From sequence record SRR31156797_5036: a DNA stretch of 39,648 nt, one strand, 5' to 3'. This document shows positions 37,126-39,648 of the stretch, piece by piece (positions within the stretch are counted from its first letter, which is position 1; every line of letters begins with the position of its first letter). The notes below the pieces were generated by a model. It did not search any database. It was not told the DNA's origin and saw only the letters and a list, made by a program, of their open reading frames with translations. The position numbers and the translations under genes are program-made.

Positions 37126-39648
37126 TCCAATACATGGCGTCTGAACGCCTCTTCCAGAGACTTGTCAAGGGTGCATTCATAGTCTTCCATACGGGCCACC
37201 AAATCGCCCGAGTTTCGGTCCAAAAACTCAATGTCCGCCACCGCCCGGGCCTCGCTTCTTTCCGTTACCCGTACCGCGGCCCGAACCCCTTGGGATGGAT
37301 ACCGGTCCTTGAACTGCCGGTATTTTTCGATTTTGTTGGGCAGAGAACCCACGTTGTAGTGCTGAAAACTCCAGAGGATCATGGCCTGGAAACCGCCGTC
37401 GATGGCGCCCGGATCCGCAATCCAGTCCTTCTGGATCCCACCATCCGTCCACGAGGATGGGGAATCGGTGGGGCTCAGATCCACCATGATCATATCATCG
37501 CCGCCCAATTGGACCGAACGGATGTTTTGCAGAAGTTTTCCATGAAAAAGGGTGTCGTTGTAAATGGGTCCGTTCACGGGAGAATAGGATTTCAAGTCTT
37601 CCGAGGGGATCCGCCCGGTTTCATCTTCGGGCGCCTTGTTTGAAAGGATGACATTTGCCGAGGCATGCAACGCCGGCAGGGTCCCGTTGCCGTTTCCCCG
37701 GATCTCCGTTGTGATGGAGAGGGTGCCGTTGTCGGCCGAAACATGACCCGCCGTGATCCGAAGATGCCGTGAATCGCCGTTCTTCATGACGACGCCCTTG
37801 AAAACCCTGAAGTGGTTAAACCCCACAAAACGGTACCCCGGGTTATTTCGAAGGGCCCCGTGGGCCAGCCATTCGATCATCATGGCCGCGGGGAGAACCG
37901 CATTCCCGTTCATCACGTGATCCCGCAGAATGGGATAACGCTCTATGGTAAGATCCAGTTCAAAGGAAGGCAACATGGGGCCCACGGTTTTCCCCGAATG
38001 CCTTTTCGGAATTGAATCCCCCGTGGGAATTACATCCGGAAGCTCCACGCCCCGCGGCAGACCGCCCATGACCACCACTTCAACCGCACCTTTCGGCCCT
38101 GATTCCAGTTCATCAATAAAATACCCGGCCCCCGCCTCTTTGCCGATCAACTCAATCCCCTCCGCCTTGAACAGGGGTTTGAGGGCATCGGTCACCATAC
38201 CGCCGTTCCATGGTCCCCAGTTGACGGCAACCGTTCGGCAATCAGGCCTCTTTTTCGCTGCCTCTTGGGCCATCTTATTGAGCACCTCGTTAGCCGCCGC
38301 ATAATCGATCTGCCCTTTTCTTCCGAATCGGGCGGTGGAAGAGGAAAAGAGGGCGATCACCTTGAGATCATCCGACTCCGTTGCGGAAAAAAGGTTCCTG
38401 AACCCTTCCACCTTGGTGGAATAGACCCGTTCAAACTGGTCAACGGTTTTATCCCCGATCAAACGGTCTTCCAGGACCCCTGCGCCGTGAATCAGTCCGG
38501 TTATCTTGCCGAATTGTTTTCGAACCAGGGCCAGCGTATCGGCAACCTCCAAACGGTTCCGGATATCGACCCCATGGTATTGGACCCTTGCGCCAAACCT
38601 CCTTAACCGTTCCATGTTCCCATTCATCTCACGATTAATCATCACCTTCCTGAAATCATTCTCAAGGGCTTTGGGGGTCATGTTGCCGGACCCGCCCGCC
38701 AAGATGGCGCGTTTGATTTCCGATTCGGTTTCCAAGTGTTGGAACCGGTCGGATTCATCTTCCGGCCCCGGACTTCTTCCCATAAGGATGATCACCGGGG
38801 CGTAGGCCTTGGCCACGGCTGCCGAAATTTCCGCGGTGACCCCCCTGGCGCCTCCCGAGACAACGACCACATCATCACGGCCAAGGATGGAAACGGCCCG
38901 TTTTCCTCGGTTTTCAAGTGGGCTTTGAACCGGTTTCAGGGTAATGCGATGATCTTTGCTAAGTCCCCTTTCCACGGGACCTTCCCTGAATATTTCAGCC
39001 ACAATTGCCGCCGCCATCTCCCCAATGCGGTCAAAGGCGCCCATATCGAGGGCCAGACACCCCACCTCCGGCCATTCATGGGGGACGGTTTTTGAAAGAC
39101 CCGCGAGCCCTCCCTGGGTCGGCGCAAACCCCTTTTCAGCGTTGCCGAACCCGAATTCGCCATCCATGAAGGTTACCGTCACAAACCGTGCGATCCCATC
39201 ATTTCCGCGCTTTCGAAGGCCCTTCTCGGCAATGCGGAGAAGTTCAAAGGCATTTAGGATAAAGTCATCGTCCGTATCCCCGGAACCCACGACAATCAAG
39301 CCGGCCAGCACATCGGGCGGCGTCAATTGATCCAGGTCCGCAAAAGAGACGGGGAGAGTTTCATAACCCACATCATTGAGCCGCTCTTGCAGGGCCGAAT
39401 AAAGTTCGAGGTCGTTTCCGGCAATCCAAAAGGGGCCGGTCTTGGATATCTTTAGGGCATGGGAAGCGGCGGGTTCAATGGGTTCACGGGAAACCGCCAT
39501 TCTATAAACATCGGAGGGAGCAGACGCGTCCTTCACGGGCTCGTTGGACGTATCCGCATCTATCACGCGATTCGGTTGCGGGATGCCGTCATCCTTTTTA
39601 GAACCCGAAACCAGATGTTCCACGATGTCACGCAGGGATTCCAGTCGG
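37122..39648 (-). CDS. pfaA: PfaA-like iterative PKS, C-terminal part (end of ACP, KR, PKS-type DH); 5' end outside the window
   Basis: The frame is open to the edge (RLESLRDIVEHL, an ACP helix end). KR motifs SGGARGVT, HGAGVLED and SSSTARFGRKGQIDYAAANE. DH motif LRDHVMNGNAVLP. ATGA overlap with pfaBC. Confidence 0.88.
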   Translation of the reverse strand, partial: RLESLRDIVEHLVSGSKKDDGIPQPNRVIDADTSNEPVKDASAPSDVYRMAVSREPIEPAASHALKISKTGPFWIAGNDLELYSALQERLNDVGYETLPVSFADLDQLTPPDVLAGLIVVGSGDTDDDFILNAFELLRIAEKGLRKRGNDGIARFVTVTFMDGEFGFGNAEKGFAPTQGGLAGLSKTVPHEWPEVGCLALDMGAFDRIGEMAAAIVAEIFREGPVERGLSKDHRITLKPVQSPLENRGKRAVSILGRDDVVVVSGGARGVTAEISAAVAKAYAPVIILMGRSPGPEDESDRFQHLETESEIKRAILAGGSGNMTPKALENDFRKVMINREMNGNMERLRRFGARVQYHGVDIRNRLEVADTLALVRKQFGKITGLIHGAGVLEDRLIGDKTVDQFERVYSTKVEGFRNLFSATESDDLKVIALFSSSTARFGRKGQIDYAAANEVLNKMAQEAAKKRPDCRTVAVNWGPWNGGMVTDALKPLFKAEGIELIGKEAGAGYFIDELESGPKGAVEVVVMGGLPRGVELPDVIPTGDSIPKRHSGKTVGPMLPSFELDLTIERYPILRDHVMNGNAVLPAAMMIEWLAHGALRNNPGYRFVGFNHFRVFKGVVMKNGDSRHLRITAGHVSADNGTLSITTEIRGNGNGTLPALHASANVILSNKAPEDETGRIPSEDLKSYSPVNGPIYNDTLFHGKLLQNIRSVQLGGDDMIMVDLSPTDSPSSWTDGGIQKDWIADPGAIDGGFQAMILWSFQHYNVGSLPNKIEKYRQFKDRYPSQGVRAAVRVTERSEARAVADIEFLDRNSGDLVARMEDYECTLDKSLEEAFRRHVLE

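Noticed and set aside
30517..39330. Many plus-strand ORFs inside the pfa genes
   Set aside because: They are antisense shadows of GC-rich coding sequence with no recognisable domains.

Overview
Window from an anaerobic Desulfobacterota-like (deltaproteobacterial) genome; the taxon is inferred from gene families only. Bases 1-18.2 kb are a divergently organised acyl-CoA catabolic cluster. Leftward it has a FabK/nitronate-monooxygenase-like flavoenzyme, an AbfD-like [4Fe-4S]/FAD dehydratase and an FAD-linked oxidoreductase that runs off the window. Rightward it has a twin-domain TetR regulator, crotonase, FadN-type dehydrogenase, thiolase, DUF362 Fe-S protein, TIGR04076-like protein, MBL hydrolase and carboxyltransferase, followed by an ADP-forming CoA-ligase alpha subunit, an acyl-CoA dehydrogenase and a hotdog thioesterase. 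Sigma70 promoters and repeated candidate operators are readable in the intergenic DNA. Bases 18.3-29.3 kb are a mixed accessory region: Na/Pi cotransporter, secreted repeat protein, symporter-binding-protein fusion, truncated HigB, chemoreceptor with a FliA-like promoter, beta-helix protein and a class III cyclase-DUF1566 fusion. Bases 29.6-30.2 kb are a 5'-truncated RAYT/Y1 transposase bounded by inverted GGGAC motifs. Bases 30.1-39.6 kb are the distal part of a PUFA-synthase-like (pfaA, pfaBC) iterative FAS/PKS cluster whose last gene reads into the transposase remnant. The best candidates for undescribed biology are the AbfD-centred catabolic regulon, the pfa-like cluster of unknown product and the GGGAC-bounded transposase relic. 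All family calls come from motif recognition by eye; no database search was run.
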